Source of the DNA: Firmicutes bacterium UBA2203
GTDB lineage: Bacteria > Bacillota > Desulfotomaculia > Desulfotomaculales > Nap2-2B
Length of the DNA stretch: 64,000 nt
Reading direction: 5' to 3'
Assembly (NCBI GenBank): GCA_002327235.1
Contig: DCUX01000005.1
Location: 1,542 to 65,541 of the forward strand
This document shows, piece by piece, positions 41,655 through 51,820 of the stretch. The stretch's first letter is position 1, and the number at the start of each line of letters is the position of its first letter. The notes beneath the pieces were generated by a model. That model searched no databases. It was not told the origin of the DNA and saw only the letters and a list, made by a program, of their open reading frames with translations. Both the position numbers and the translations under genes were made by a program.

Positions 41655-42425
41655 ATGAACCAAAAGCAACCTCGTCTTAAACCCATTAAATTTGACCAGT
41701 ATAAACCTTTAAGGGAAATAGTTTATGAATCTTTGCGCGAAGCCATTCTTCAAGGAAAGCTAAAACCAGGGGAACGATTAATGGAAATTCAGTTAGCTGA
41801 AGAGCTGGGGGTTAGTCGAACCCCGGTGCGGGAGGCAATTCGGAAGTTAGAGCTAGAAGGACTTTTGGTCATGGCCTACCGTAAAGGAGTTTATGTAACC
41901 GACGTAAAAGCAAGAGATATTATTGATATTTTAGAAATAAGGGCGGTGCTGGAGGGCTTGGCGGCCGCCCTTGCGGCCGAAAGAATTACCGCCGAAGAAC
42001 TAGAAGAAATAGAATTAATTTTACACCAACATAAATATAATATAAATTTTAACCCTAATTTTTTAGAGAGTGATAGTCAGGAGCGTGATTTTTCTTTACC
42101 GGCCGATAATGAGCGTGATTTAGTCCATATGGTGGAAATGGATACTAAATTTCACGACCTTATTTATAGAGCTAGCCGCAATAAAAGATTGGAGCAAATT
42201 ATTACCCTCCTAAAAACTCAAATCCAACATTTTCGTACCACTTCTTTAGCGCAACCCGGTAGAACAAAGGTAGCCATAGAAGAACACAAAAAAATTCTTG
42301 AAGCTATTAGTGAACGTAATGCTTCCCAGGCCCAGGAACTGGCCCAAAAACATATCGAAAATTCCGAGGAAGCCCTGCTCAATAGTTTACGGCAAGAAAG
42401 AGGAATTTCTTCTAATGGCGAGTAA
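41655..42425 (+). CDS. GntR/FCD transcriptional regulator
   Basis: wHTH LAEELGVSRTPVREA; FCD DTKFH...EH...H. Confidence 0.92.
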   Translation: MNQKQPRLKPIKFDQYKPLREIVYESLREAILQGKLKPGERLMEIQLAEELGVSRTPVREAIRKLELEGLLVMAYRKGVYVTDVKARDIIDILEIRAVLEGLAAALAAERITAEELEEIELILHQHKYNINFNPNFLESDSQERDFSLPADNERDLVHMVEMDTKFHDLIYRASRNKRLEQIITLLKTQIQHFRTTSLAQPGRTKVAIEEHKKILEAISERNASQAQELAQKHIENSEEALLNSLRQERGISSNGE

Positions 42426-42466
42426 TAAAGTAGTAGTTTGAATAATTATAAAATTTTTAAATTAAG

Positions 42467-43264
42467 GTGGATGTGATGGTAAATGCAGTTGTTTTGGCCG
42501 GCAGGACTAATAACGGCAAACTTAAAAATTGCAGCCCGGTAAGTCATGAAGCCATAATTCCAATTGCAGAAAAACCAATGGTATTATACGTGGTGGAAGC
42601 ATTATTAAATGCGCCCCGGGTAAATCAAGTGGTGGTAGTAGGGCCTAAAAAAGAATTAGCTGATTATTTGAATACTAACCGGATTTCATTAGTTTCTGCC
42701 GGACAAGACATGCTGGAGAATGTACAAATTGGTCTGGCGTCCTGCCCCAAAACCCGCTATATTCTCATTGTTACCTCTGATATCCCCTTGCTCACCGCCG
42801 CGGCAGTAGAAGATTTTTTTAACCAGTGCGAGGGATTAAGTTACGCCGACCTTTTTTATCCGGTTATATCCCGGGAAGCAATCAAAAATTATTTTACGGC
42901 GCTAAATATACCGCTCTCCAGGGTTCACCGTACTTACGTTAATCTTAAAGACGGGGTGTTTACCGGCGGGAATTTAGTTTTACTAAACCCGGCTGTATTT
43001 TCCCGTTGCTTAGAAAAGGGATTACCGTTTGTTGAAGCCCGAAAAAGTCCTCTAAAATTAAGCCGCTTATTAGGAGCTGGTTTTTTATGGCGCTTTTTAC
43101 TTCGTCAAGTTACTTTAGCGGAAGCAACCCAGCAAGTTTCCCAGCTTTTAAACATTAAAGGGGCCGTGATTAAAAGTAGTTTTCCTGAAGTAGGAATTGA
43201 TGTTGATAAACCGGCCGACCTGACTTTGGTAAGGGAAATTTTAACTTTAAAAAAGAAACTTTAA
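42467..43264 (+). CDS. MobA-like nucleotidyltransferase family protein
   Basis: AVVLAG, SDIPL, TGGN and IDVDKP motifs. Confidence 0.8.
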   Translation: MDVMVNAVVLAGRTNNGKLKNCSPVSHEAIIPIAEKPMVLYVVEALLNAPRVNQVVVVGPKKELADYLNTNRISLVSAGQDMLENVQIGLASCPKTRYILIVTSDIPLLTAAAVEDFFNQCEGLSYADLFYPVISREAIKNYFTALNIPLSRVHRTYVNLKDGVFTGGNLVLLNPAVFSRCLEKGLPFVEARKSPLKLSRLLGAGFLWRFLLRQVTLAEATQQVSQLLNIKGAVIKSSFPEVGIDVDKPADLTLVREILTLKKKL

Positions 43265-43302
43265 AAAAGTAAGGTAGCAGTTAAGTTTAAATAAAATTTT
43301 AA

Positions 43303-44817
43303 TTGCTTAAGTTTTTATCTTGTTCGGGAGGGGTGTTAATGCAACTAGGTCTTAAACCGGAAATTAAACCGGTAGCCGCGGTGATTTTGGCCGCCGGAAA
43401 AGGAACCCGAATGCACTCTAAGCTACCTAAGGTAATGCATAAAGTTTGTGGGCGGCCGCTGCTGACCTATGTTTTGGAGGCCGTAAAAAAGGCGGGGGTA
43501 GAAAAAATAGTTGTAGTGGTTGGTTTTGGCGCGGAGCAAGTTGTTCCGGTGGCCAAGACTTACGGGGAGATAATTTATCAGGAACAACAATTAGGTACGG
43601 CCCACGCCTTACTCCAGACGGAAAAGGTTTTGGCCGAGTTTAGCGGGGATATTTTAGTCCTTGGCGGTGATACACCCCTTATTACCTCTACCACTCTGGT
43701 TAGATTAATTGAAACTCACCAGGGTCAGCTGCCGGTAACCAACGGTCAAGAGAGGGTATGTTCTTTTCCTGTTGTTTCTCATTTCTCACCTTCCCCCGCT
43801 AAAACGGTGGCTACCGTATTAACGGCCAAATTAGCTGAGCCTGCCGGTTACGGCAGGATTATTCGTAATTCTGCCCAACAGGTGGTTAAAATTATAGAAC
43901 AAAAGGATGCTTCCCCGGCGGAATTGGCCGTTCAAGAAATTAATTCAGGGATATATTGTTTTGTGGCCGGGGGTCTTTTTGAAACCCTGGCCGGACTGAC
44001 CGTTGAAAATGCCGCGCAAGAATACTACTTACCGGATGTTATAGAGGCTTACGTCCGCCAAGGCTTACCGGTGGCCACCTGTTTAGCGGAAAATGAGAAG
44101 GAAATTCAAGGAATTAATGACCGCGGTCAATTAGCCGCGGTGGAGGAAATTGTGCGGCAGCGGGTGCGTAACGAAATAATGCTTTCCGGGGTCACCATAT
44201 TGGACCCTCCTTCCGCGTTTATTGATTTAGAGGTAAAAATAGAACCGGATACGGTTATTTATCCTTTTACGATTATTGAAGGAGCGTGCCGGATAGGAGC
44301 CAATTGTATTATTGGCCCCGGAACACGCCTGAAATCGGTGCAGGTTGGCGATAACGTGGTTATTTCAAATTCAGTGGTTATGGAAAGCACTATTGGGGAT
44401 TCTTGTACCATAGGTCCTTTTGCTTATCTTCGTCCGGGCACCCGTCTTGCCCGTAAGGTAAAAGTGGGGGACTTTGTAGAAGTTAAGCAATCAGTTATAG
44501 AAGAGGGCAGTAAAATCCCGCATTTAAGTTACGTAGGGGATACCCATATAGGGCAAGAGGTAAACGTTGGCGCAGGAACAATTACTTGTAATTATGACGG
44601 TCAGAAAAAATGGTTAACCGTCATTGAGGATAAAGTTTTTATCGGGAGCAATACCAATCTGGTTGCCCCGGTAAGGATAGGAGCCGGGGCTTTTATAGGG
44701 GCAGGCTCTACCATTACCAAAAATGTACCCCCGGCTGCCCTGGGTATAGCTAGGGGTGGCCAGCGAAATATAGTTAACTGGACAAAAAAGAAAAAACAGA
44801 TAAAAGAAGAAGACTAA
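43303..44817 (+). CDS. glmU: Bifunctional UDP-GlcNAc pyrophosphorylase / GlcN-1-P acetyltransferase
   Basis: LAAGKGTRM, QLGTAHA, EYYL, hexapeptide repeats, HLSYVGD, CNYDG. The start is likely ATG 43339. Confidence 0.96.
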   Translation: MLKFLSCSGGVLMQLGLKPEIKPVAAVILAAGKGTRMHSKLPKVMHKVCGRPLLTYVLEAVKKAGVEKIVVVVGFGAEQVVPVAKTYGEIIYQEQQLGTAHALLQTEKVLAEFSGDILVLGGDTPLITSTTLVRLIETHQGQLPVTNGQERVCSFPVVSHFSPSPAKTVATVLTAKLAEPAGYGRIIRNSAQQVVKIIEQKDASPAELAVQEINSGIYCFVAGGLFETLAGLTVENAAQEYYLPDVIEAYVRQGLPVATCLAENEKEIQGINDRGQLAAVEEIVRQRVRNEIMLSGVTILDPPSAFIDLEVKIEPDTVIYPFTIIEGACRIGANCIIGPGTRLKSVQVGDNVVISNSVVMESTIGDSCTIGPFAYLRPGTRLARKVKVGDFVEVKQSVIEEGSKIPHLSYVGDTHIGQEVNVGAGTITCNYDGQKKWLTVIEDKVFIGSNTNLVAPVRIGAGAFIGAGSTITKNVPPAALGIARGGQRNIVNWTKKKKQIKEED

Positions 44818-44922
44818 AGTTTGTAAAGAAGCACTTAATCCATCTTTTAATAAGGACATTTTCTTTTTTATAATTAATAAGTGTTGGCTTCATAGAAGTT
44901 CATTTTTGGGGAGGGAAAGAAA

Positions 44923-45867
44923 TTGACGGGCGAAAGAAATTTAAAAATTTTTACTGGTAACGCTAACCCGGCCTTAAGTCAGCAAATCGCCCAGTATATA
45001 GGCGTAGAATTGGGTTTAGCGCAAGTAACCCATTTTTCAGACGGGGAAATATACGTGGAAATTAAAGAAAGTGTACGGGGGGCAGATGTCTTTATTATTC
45101 AGCCTACTTGTTGGCCGGTGAGTGACCATTTAATGGAGTTGCTGATTATAGCCGATGCTTTGAGAAGGGCGTCAGCCCGGCGGATTACGGCCGTTCTGCC
45201 ATATTATGGTTATGCCCGTCAGGACCGCAAAACCCGTGGCCGCGCTCCTATTACGGCTAAATTAGTAGCCAATTTAATTACGACCAGTGGTGTTCGCCGC
45301 ATCCTGACTATGGACTTGCACGCGGGACAAATTCAAGGCTTTTTTGACCTTCCGGTAGACCACCTGCCTGGGGTGCCAATATTAGCCCAGTATTTTTTGC
45401 AGCTTCAACTAAAAAATGTGGTGGTGGTTTCACCCGATTTAGGCGGGGTTACCCGAGCCAGAGAACTGGCTGAACGCATTAATTCACCCATAGCCATTGT
45501 GGATAAACGCCGGCCGGAACCTAATGTGGCGGAAGTAATGAATATTGTAGGTAAAGTAAGAGGAAAAAAAGTAATTATTATAGACGACATGATTGATACG
45601 GGGGGTACAATTAAGCAAGCTATAGTGGCCTTAAAAGAGGCCGGCGCGGAAGAAATTTATGTTTGCTGTACTCATCCCGTTTTAAGCGGGCCGGCAAGAC
45701 AACGACTTATGGAAACCCCGATTGAGGAAATAGTAGTGACTAATACTATTCCTATTTTGCCTGAAAAAATGTTTGACCGGATAAAGGTGCTCTCCGTGGC
45801 TCCCTTATTGGGCGAAGCAATTATCCGCATCAACAACGACCTTTCGGTAAGTGAACTTTTTAATTAG
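44923..45867 (+). CDS. prs: Ribose-phosphate pyrophosphokinase
   Basis: [35 protein letters not shown]. Confidence 0.97.
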   Translation: MTGERNLKIFTGNANPALSQQIAQYIGVELGLAQVTHFSDGEIYVEIKESVRGADVFIIQPTCWPVSDHLMELLIIADALRRASARRITAVLPYYGYARQDRKTRGRAPITAKLVANLITTSGVRRILTMDLHAGQIQGFFDLPVDHLPGVPILAQYFLQLQLKNVVVVSPDLGGVTRARELAERINSPIAIVDKRRPEPNVAEVMNIVGKVRGKKVIIIDDMIDTGGTIKQAIVALKEAGAEEIYVCCTHPVLSGPARQRLMETPIEEIVVTNTIPILPEKMFDRIKVLSVAPLLGEAIIRINNDLSVSELFN

Positions 45868-45880
45868 TTCGAGGGTTCAA

Positions 45881-45988
45881 TTGGAAGTTAGAGGTTAGAA
45901 GTTGGAGGTTAGAGGGTTAGTTGAAAATGGAAAAGGTAGAGTTTAAATCAAGGCTTCTAACTTCCAACTTCCAAATACCAACTTCCAT
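45881..45988. repeat. Inverted pair of heptamer arrays
   Basis: 5 x TTRGARG (45881-45915) and 5 units of CTTCYAA, two of them degenerate (45954-45988). Confidence 0.85.
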
Positions 45989-46580
45989 GTGGTTAGTAAC
46001 GGGTTTGGGTAACCCAGGGCTAAAATATTACCGGAGTAGGCACAACGTTGGTTTTAGGGTGGTAGACAAGTTAGCGGTTAGTTATAAAGGAAAATGGTCA
46101 AGGCAAAAAAACGCGCTTGTGGCCAAAATAGAACTGGAAACTCAAAAAATTATTCTGGCCAAGCCTTTGACCTACGTTAACAACAGTGGTGAAGCAGTAG
46201 CATTTTTATTAAGCTCGTATAAAATAAACCTGACTAATTTATTGATAATTTATGATGACCTGGATTTACCCTTGGGAGCGATGCGGATTCGAGCGGCTGG
46301 TAGCGACGGAGGACACAAAGGGATGCGTTCTATCATTGCTTGCTGTCAGAGTAAAAATATCCCTCGTTTGCGGGTTGGTATTGGCCGGCCTTCTCGAAGC
46401 TCACAGTTCGAGGTTCGAGGTTCGAACACTCAGGAAGTTCAGGATACGATAGAATGGGTTTTAGGTAATTTCACTCCTTTAGAAGAAAAAGAAATAGAAA
46501 ATGTTACTTTAAAGGTCGCCGAAGCGGTAAAAATAATCGTTACCTTAGGTTTAGAGGTGGCCATGAATACCTTTAATTAA
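45921..46580 (+). CDS. pth: Peptidyl-tRNA hydrolase (conserved core begins at Met 45987)
   Basis: GLGNPG, RHNVGF, KPLTYVNNSG, YDDLDL, GGHKG, RLRVGIGRP. Confidence 0.95.
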   Translation: MKMEKVEFKSRLLTSNFQIPTSMWLVTGLGNPGLKYYRSRHNVGFRVVDKLAVSYKGKWSRQKNALVAKIELETQKIILAKPLTYVNNSGEAVAFLLSSYKINLTNLLIIYDDLDLPLGAMRIRAAGSDGGHKGMRSIIACCQSKNIPRLRVGIGRPSRSSQFEVRGSNTQEVQDTIEWVLGNFTPLEEKEIENVTLKVAEAVKIIVTLGLEVAMNTFN

Positions 46581-47031
46581 CCGTTTTTTGATTGGTTAAA
46601 GATTTTGCGCCTTGGAGATGAAGGAAAAAATCTATCCCTAAAATAATTAGGGTAAGAAAGAAAAAGCCGGCTGAGATAAGACAAAGAACACATAGACTTT
46701 TCATTACTTGCACCTGAAAGGAAATTAGGTAAAGACTTACGCCAGAACCCATAAGGGCTAAAAGAAGGGCTAAAAATTGCCCGGGCTTACTTTGCCGGGC
46801 CAAAAAACAAAAAATAGTTAAGCCCGCGGCAACAAATGCCCCGGCTGCAGCAACCGAAATCCTTTCTCCAGCTAAAAAAAGCCAGGAAGGACAATTTTGA
46901 TTAAAGCAGAATATGCCGGTCAAGGTAAAAGAACGGTGAAGAGATAAATAAACTAAAAGAATTAAATTAAGTAAAGAAAATATAGCGGCCCATTTATTTA
47001 AGGTTAAAATCTTTCTTTGTTTTTCAACCAA
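46573..47031 (-). CDS. VKOR-like membrane disulfide oxidoreductase
   Basis: Four TM segments, loop Cys pair CFNQNC and C-terminal CVLC after YL...QV. Confidence 0.7.
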   Translation of the reverse strand: MVEKQRKILTLNKWAAIFSLLNLILLVYLSLHRSFTLTGIFCFNQNCPSWLFLAGERISVAAAGAFVAAGLTIFCFLARQSKPGQFLALLLALMGSGVSLYLISFQVQVMKSLCVLCLISAGFFFLTLIILGIDFFLHLQGAKSLTNQKTVN

Positions 47032-47079
47032 AAATTTAAAATCGCTCCCTACTCTCTATATTACACCTATATTACCTAT

Positions 47080-47586
47080 TTACGATAGTGGGATACACCA
47101 AGGGCAATAATTGTCAATTATAGTTACCAGGCATTCTTTTGCTTCCCACTTAACTTTTGCTTGCAGGGACTCGCTTACCAGGCGTAAAGGAAGATAAAGC
47201 TTATTGTTTATTAGTTTAGCCGGGACATCCAGGGTGGTCGATTTACCATTTAGGTAAGCTACCTGGCGGTTTACGGTTATTTCTAAATTGGTTTTATCCC
47301 TCTTTATCGTTACGGTTTTGGTCTGGTTATTCCAGGCTACTTTTGCGCTTAAGGCTTCGACCACGGCCCGTGAAGGAACCAAAACCCGTCCGTTTATCAT
47401 TACGGCCTCTACCCCCTTAAGTGTTTTGCCGTTTACCATCACTTTTATTTGTTGGGCTTGGGCCGGAGGCAAAAGGGTTGTTTGCGTCACCGTTAATATT
47501 GCCGCTAGGGTAAAAGCCGTCATTAAAACCAAAAAATAGTATTTTTTATTTTTGCTCATCAAAACCCCACTTTCTATGATCAACAA
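47080..47586 (-). CDS. Secreted copper-amine-oxidase N-terminal (stalk) domain protein with a CPWC tail
   Basis: Signal peptide; NGRVLVPSRAVVEALSAKVAW...LYLPLRLVSESLQAKVKW; ends DNYCPWCIPLS. Confidence 0.8.
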   Translation of the reverse strand: MLIIESGVLMSKNKKYYFLVLMTAFTLAAILTVTQTTLLPPAQAQQIKVMVNGKTLKGVEAVMINGRVLVPSRAVVEALSAKVAWNNQTKTVTIKRDKTNLEITVNRQVAYLNGKSTTLDVPAKLINNKLYLPLRLVSESLQAKVKWEAKECLVTIIDNYCPWCIPLS

Positions 47587-47765
47587 TACCTAGTTATAAT
47601 TTGAGGTATACATTAAAGGGCAAATTTTGTTATAATTTAAAAGTAAAATATATTGAGTAATAATATAATTATTTAGTTGCTTTTTGTCAAGAAAAATATT
47701 AGTAACGCCCTTATGGTAGCTCCCCGGTTATTATAATTTAAGGTTTTTAGGTTGGGAGAGGTTAA

Positions 47766-50700
47766 ATGAAGTTAAAAAAGTGGGTAATCCCTTTTTTAGT
47801 TTTTGGGGTCCTAATCTTTATAGGAGCCGAATGTTATGATAGTAGGGGCGTTAAATTTAACGCCCCTACGAAAGATGCTAACCATAATCCTTTAGAGGTC
47901 AGAGTTGAAGCTAAACTAAAAACTTTCAACGAGGAAGGTAAGTTACCGGACCATATAGTAAATAAAAGGACCGGTGATTCAACATCTTTTAAAAAAAGCC
48001 TGACCGTAAATGTTATAGTCGCTGATACTAAAGATAAAACAAAAGTTAGTCAGGAAATAAAAGAGCTGGGGGGAGAAATTTTAAGGGGAGAAAAGGAAAA
48101 AGGAGTAATTTTAAGGGCTAAAGTGCCTGAAGCGGCCTTAAAAAGGCTGGCGGCCTCTTCCCAAATAATCCGGATTGAGCCCTATACGGCGCCCCAATTT
48201 TTAAATGACCGGGCGGCGGGCATTATTGGCGCTGAACCTTTAGCGGCTCCCGGGTTTGCTTCTATGGACGGCTTGACAGGGGCAAATCAAGTAGTTGGTT
48301 TGGCGGATAGCGGCCTGGGAAAAGGGGAGGGGGATGATTTACCGGAAGATTTAAAAAGTAAACCCGGGCAAAAACCAAAGGTAATCATGCTTAAGTCTAT
48401 AGCCGGCCGGCCGCGGCCGGATGATCCGGTAGGTCACGGAACCCACATGGCGGCAACCATTGCCGGTACCGGACTTGCTTCAGAGGGTAAATTTACGGGT
48501 TTGGCTCCTGAGGCAAGCCTTTATTTTCAAGGTATTCTTAATAAAGAAGGGGAAATTGATCCTCCGGCCGATATTACTTCCCTTTATCTTCCTGCCTTTG
48601 AGGCCAATACTTACCTTTACGTTAATGGTTGGGGCAGCCAAAACAATACTTATTTATCTAATGCCGCTCAAACCGATGCTTTTATGCGCCGCCACCCCGA
48701 TTTTTTAGTTATTTTTGGGGCCGGGAACAAAGGGCCGGCGGCCGGAACAATTACGGCGGAAGCAAACAGTAAAAATGCTTTAGTTATTGGTGCTACGGAA
48801 AATGTACGCCCGGCTTTTGGCTTTGATAATGATAACGCTAGTGAATTAGCGCGTTTTTCCAGTCAGGGTCCCACCGCTGACGGGCGGCTAAAACCTGACC
48901 TGGTAGCGCCGGGAGCAGGAATTGTTTCCGCTTGTTCACCTTTAGTTTCTAGTAATTTTCCTGCCTTTCCTCAATATACCAGGCTAAGCGGGACCAGCAT
49001 GGCCGCTGCCGTTGGCGGCGGGGCGGCGGCTTTACTTCGGGAATATATGCAAAAAGAAGAAAAAATTGCTTTACCTGCGGCCGCCTTACTTAAAGCTTTG
49101 TTAATTAACGGAGCCACTCAACTAGAGGCTGTGGGAACCGGTTTTGGACGGTTGAACTTGGTGAGTACTGTGCTGGCCTTAAAAGAAAAATCCTTTCGTT
49201 ATCTAGAAGAAAAAAACGGGTTGGCGGAAGGAGAAACCAAAACCTACACTTTTGAACTTAAGGAGAACAATGCTTATCCCAATCGCTATTCACGCCCCTT
49301 TAAAGCTACATTAGCTTGGACAGACCCGCCTGGTACCCCGGGAAATAAAAAAGTATTGGTTAACGACTTAGACTTAATTGTGGTGGCCCCGGACGGGAAA
49401 AAATATTTAGGTAATGATGCCGGTCAGGGGAAAAGAGACGAAAAAAATAACGTAGAAAAAGTTTCTATTCCTGAGCCGTTACCTGGGGTTTACACCTTAA
49501 TAGTCAAAGCAACACAGGTTACCCAAAAAGGTTATAGAGGGGCTGGCTTAAGGCAGGATTTTGCCTTGGTTTACGGGCAGAAATTAGCCCAAGACACGGT
49601 AAAGGAAGTTGAACCGGCGGCAAAAAGGGTAAAGTTGGCCGGGAGACAAATCCTTTCTCTACCTCAAGAAGGCAGAAATGCTATTGGTAAAAAATTAACT
49701 TCCTGGGGAAGTGATTATATTTTGCCGGGGGAAGAGGTGTTTTGGGGAGAGGGGGGCTTGTATTTACAAGGCAAAATTTGGCGTGCTAGCGCGGCGGAAA
49801 GAGTATCGTTACCTAAAGGCCCTTTATTTTTAGAGGCGAATGCAAAGAAGTGGGAGGGAGGTTATTATTTAGCTTTAGATGCATCTGCTCCTTTTTGGAT
49901 TAACGGAGAAAAAGCCGGCGAGATAAATGTTTTTCCTGCAGGAGCGGAATTGTTTACCTCAGTAAATCCCATCACCCAAGCTTTATGGTTGATAAAGGCT
50001 TCCTTTGAAGAGGCCGAAGGTTTTATCCGGGAAGTTAACCTGGCAAAAAACCAGTTGTTTCTTATTAATCAGGAAGAGCCTTATATTTTGGCTTCAGAGG
50101 CGGCCGTCTCGATTGTAGATACCGTACCAGAAGGTAGCCCGGCTGATTTGCCTTTTGGTTTGCCGGTAAGTGGGGAGATTGGGCAGCTAGCGCCCGGCAT
50201 GGCGGTAAAACTAAAGCTTTCCCCGACCAGCAAAGAAGTAAGCTACGTGGCCGTAAAACGAAATTTAGCCGTAGGTACCCTGTTGGCCATTGATGAAAAG
50301 CACGGGGAAATTAGTTTAGCAGAAGGCCAAAAATACAATTTACTTTCTTCCCGGCTGCCGGTGTGGTTAAATGATCAAACCATTGACTTAACTAAGTTAG
50401 CTCCGGGTGACCTGGTAGGTCTTCTTTTAAGCGGGCAGCAGGTAATTACAATTACGGCTTACCGCCAGCCAATCTATGGACAGGTTGTTTATTTTAACGG
50501 AGAGCGCGGTAGTATTTACCTTATTGATGCTCAAAATCAATTTCGCTTGTTAAAAATAACTCCCGAAACAAAAATATTCCGCTGGGGCCATCTGGTCAAC
50601 TTTACAGCCCTGCAAGCAGGGGATTGGGTTCGTTTAATAGAGGAGCAAGGTGAAAAAAATAAAAATGCTGAAGAAAAAATAATATCTCGTCTGGATGTGG

Positions 50701-51806
50701 CGGAAGGAGAAAGTTTTTTATCCGGCAAATTAGTAAGCTATAATCAGGAAACTAAGGAAATGTCTTTTGAAATTACTGAAAATGAGCCAGATAATTCTAT
50801 AGCGCTTAAAAATGATGTTTCAAATTATACCCCGCAGAACCGCCGTCTTTTAGTTAAAGGTATGGTTACGACGCGTACTTTAATAACAAAAAATGGTTTT
50901 CCTGTCCAAGCGGAAGACCTAATCGCCGGAGAAGGGGTTGAATTTACGCGGTTAAAAATCCCAGGTCAGCAATACCAAGTGATAGCCACCATTAAGGCCA
51001 GTTCAAAAATAGGGGTAAAGCCTCCGGTGTTGCAAGTAAATGTTCGTTCGTGGGACCAAACAATTCAAATTTCTGGATATACTAAGGCCAGCAAACTATA
51101 TCTTTATGTATCAGGAGAAGATAAAACTACAATTATTCCTAATTCAGAAGGCCAGTTTTTAGTTATCAGAGAACGTCCGGCGATAAATACAATTCAAGTG
51201 GTGGCTATTCATGAACGGGAAGGAGGAGTGACCGGAGAATATTTAACCATTCCTCTCCCTGGGATGCATTTTACCGATTTAAGAGGTCACTGGGCGGAAG
51301 GAGAAATCAATACCCTGGCTGAAAAGGGCCTGCTTTACGGTTATCCTAACGGTAATTTTTTACCTGACCAACCGGTTAACCGGGCCGAGTTTACCGTAAT
51401 GCTTATGCGCTACCTTCAAGAGCCAACCGCCGCTTTAATTTCTCCGCCCTTGAGCCCCTTTGTTGATGCGTTGCCCTCATGGGCTCAAAAGGAAATATTA
51501 ATTGCTTGGCAAGCAAAGATAATTACGGGCTACCCTGAAGGATGTTTTTACCCCAATCGGCTAATTACCAGGTTGGAGGCCGCAGTTATTTTGGCCCGGG
51601 CTAAAAATGAACCGGCTATAAATCCGGAAACAAAAGATTTATCTTACCCGGATAAAAATAAAATCCCTTCCTGGGCCTTAGCGCAAGTGACTTTTGTTGC
51701 CCAGAAGGGGCTATTGCAAGGTCTTCCTAATGGTTATTTTGCTCCTTTAGCTAACCTTACCAGGGCTCAGGCGGCCGTGATTCTTTTCCGGTTAACTAAA
51801 GGCTAA
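47766..51806 (+). CDS. Secreted S8 subtilase with beta-repeat middle region and C-terminal SLH domains
   Basis: Signal peptide; triad ADSG / GHGTH / GTSMA; TLAWTD...NNVE domain; SLH repeats (FTDLRGHWA, GYPNGNFLP, TRAQAA). Confidence 0.9.
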   Translation: MKLKKWVIPFLVFGVLIFIGAECYDSRGVKFNAPTKDANHNPLEVRVEAKLKTFNEEGKLPDHIVNKRTGDSTSFKKSLTVNVIVADTKDKTKVSQEIKELGGEILRGEKEKGVILRAKVPEAALKRLAASSQIIRIEPYTAPQFLNDRAAGIIGAEPLAAPGFASMDGLTGANQVVGLADSGLGKGEGDDLPEDLKSKPGQKPKVIMLKSIAGRPRPDDPVGHGTHMAATIAGTGLASEGKFTGLAPEASLYFQGILNKEGEIDPPADITSLYLPAFEANTYLYVNGWGSQNNTYLSNAAQTDAFMRRHPDFLVIFGAGNKGPAAGTITAEANSKNALVIGATENVRPAFGFDNDNASELARFSSQGPTADGRLKPDLVAPGAGIVSACSPLVSSNFPAFPQYTRLSGTSMAAAVGGGAAALLREYMQKEEKIALPAAALLKALLINGATQLEAVGTGFGRLNLVSTVLALKEKSFRYLEEKNGLAEGETKTYTFELKENNAYPNRYSRPFKATLAWTDPPGTPGNKKVLVNDLDLIVVAPDGKKYLGNDAGQGKRDEKNNVEKVSIPEPLPGVYTLIVKATQVTQKGYRGAGLRQDFALVYGQKLAQDTVKEVEPAAKRVKLAGRQILSLPQEGRNAIGKKLTSWGSDYILPGEEVFWGEGGLYLQGKIWRASAAERVSLPKGPLFLEANAKKWEGGYYLALDASAPFWINGEKAGEINVFPAGAELFTSVNPITQALWLIKASFEEAEGFIREVNLAKNQLFLINQEEPYILASEAAVSIVDTVPEGSPADLPFGLPVSGEIGQLAPGMAVKLKLSPTSKEVSYVAVKRNLAVGTLLAIDEKHGEISLAEGQKYNLLSSRLPVWLNDQTIDLTKLAPGDLVGLLLSGQQVITITAYRQPIYGQVVYFNGERGSIYLIDAQNQFRLLKITPETKIFRWGHLVNFTALQAGDWVRLIEEQGEKNKNAEEKIISRLDVAEGESFLSGKLVSYNQETKEMSFEITENEPDNSIALKNDVSNYTPQNRRLLVKGMVTTRTLITKNGFPVQAEDLIAGEGVEFTRLKIPGQQYQVIATIKASSKIGVKPPVLQVNVRSWDQTIQISGYTKASKLYLYVSGEDKTTIIPNSEGQFLVIRERPAINTIQVVAIHEREGGVTGEYLTIPLPGMHFTDLRGHWAEGEINTLAEKGLLYGYPNGNFLPDQPVNRAEFTVMLMRYLQEPTAALISPPLSPFVDALPSWAQKEILIAWQAKIITGYPEGCFYPNRLITRLEAAVILARAKNEPAINPETKDLSYPDKNKIPSWALAQVTFVAQKGLLQGLPNGYFAPLANLTRAQAAVILFRLTKG
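47842..47869. repeat. 28-bp perfect palindrome (REP family B) inside the S8 protease CDS
   Basis: GTAGGGGCGTTAAA|TTTAACGCCCCTAC; encodes SRGVKFNAPT. Confidence 0.85.
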
Positions 51807-51820
51807 TTAAACTATTAAAT

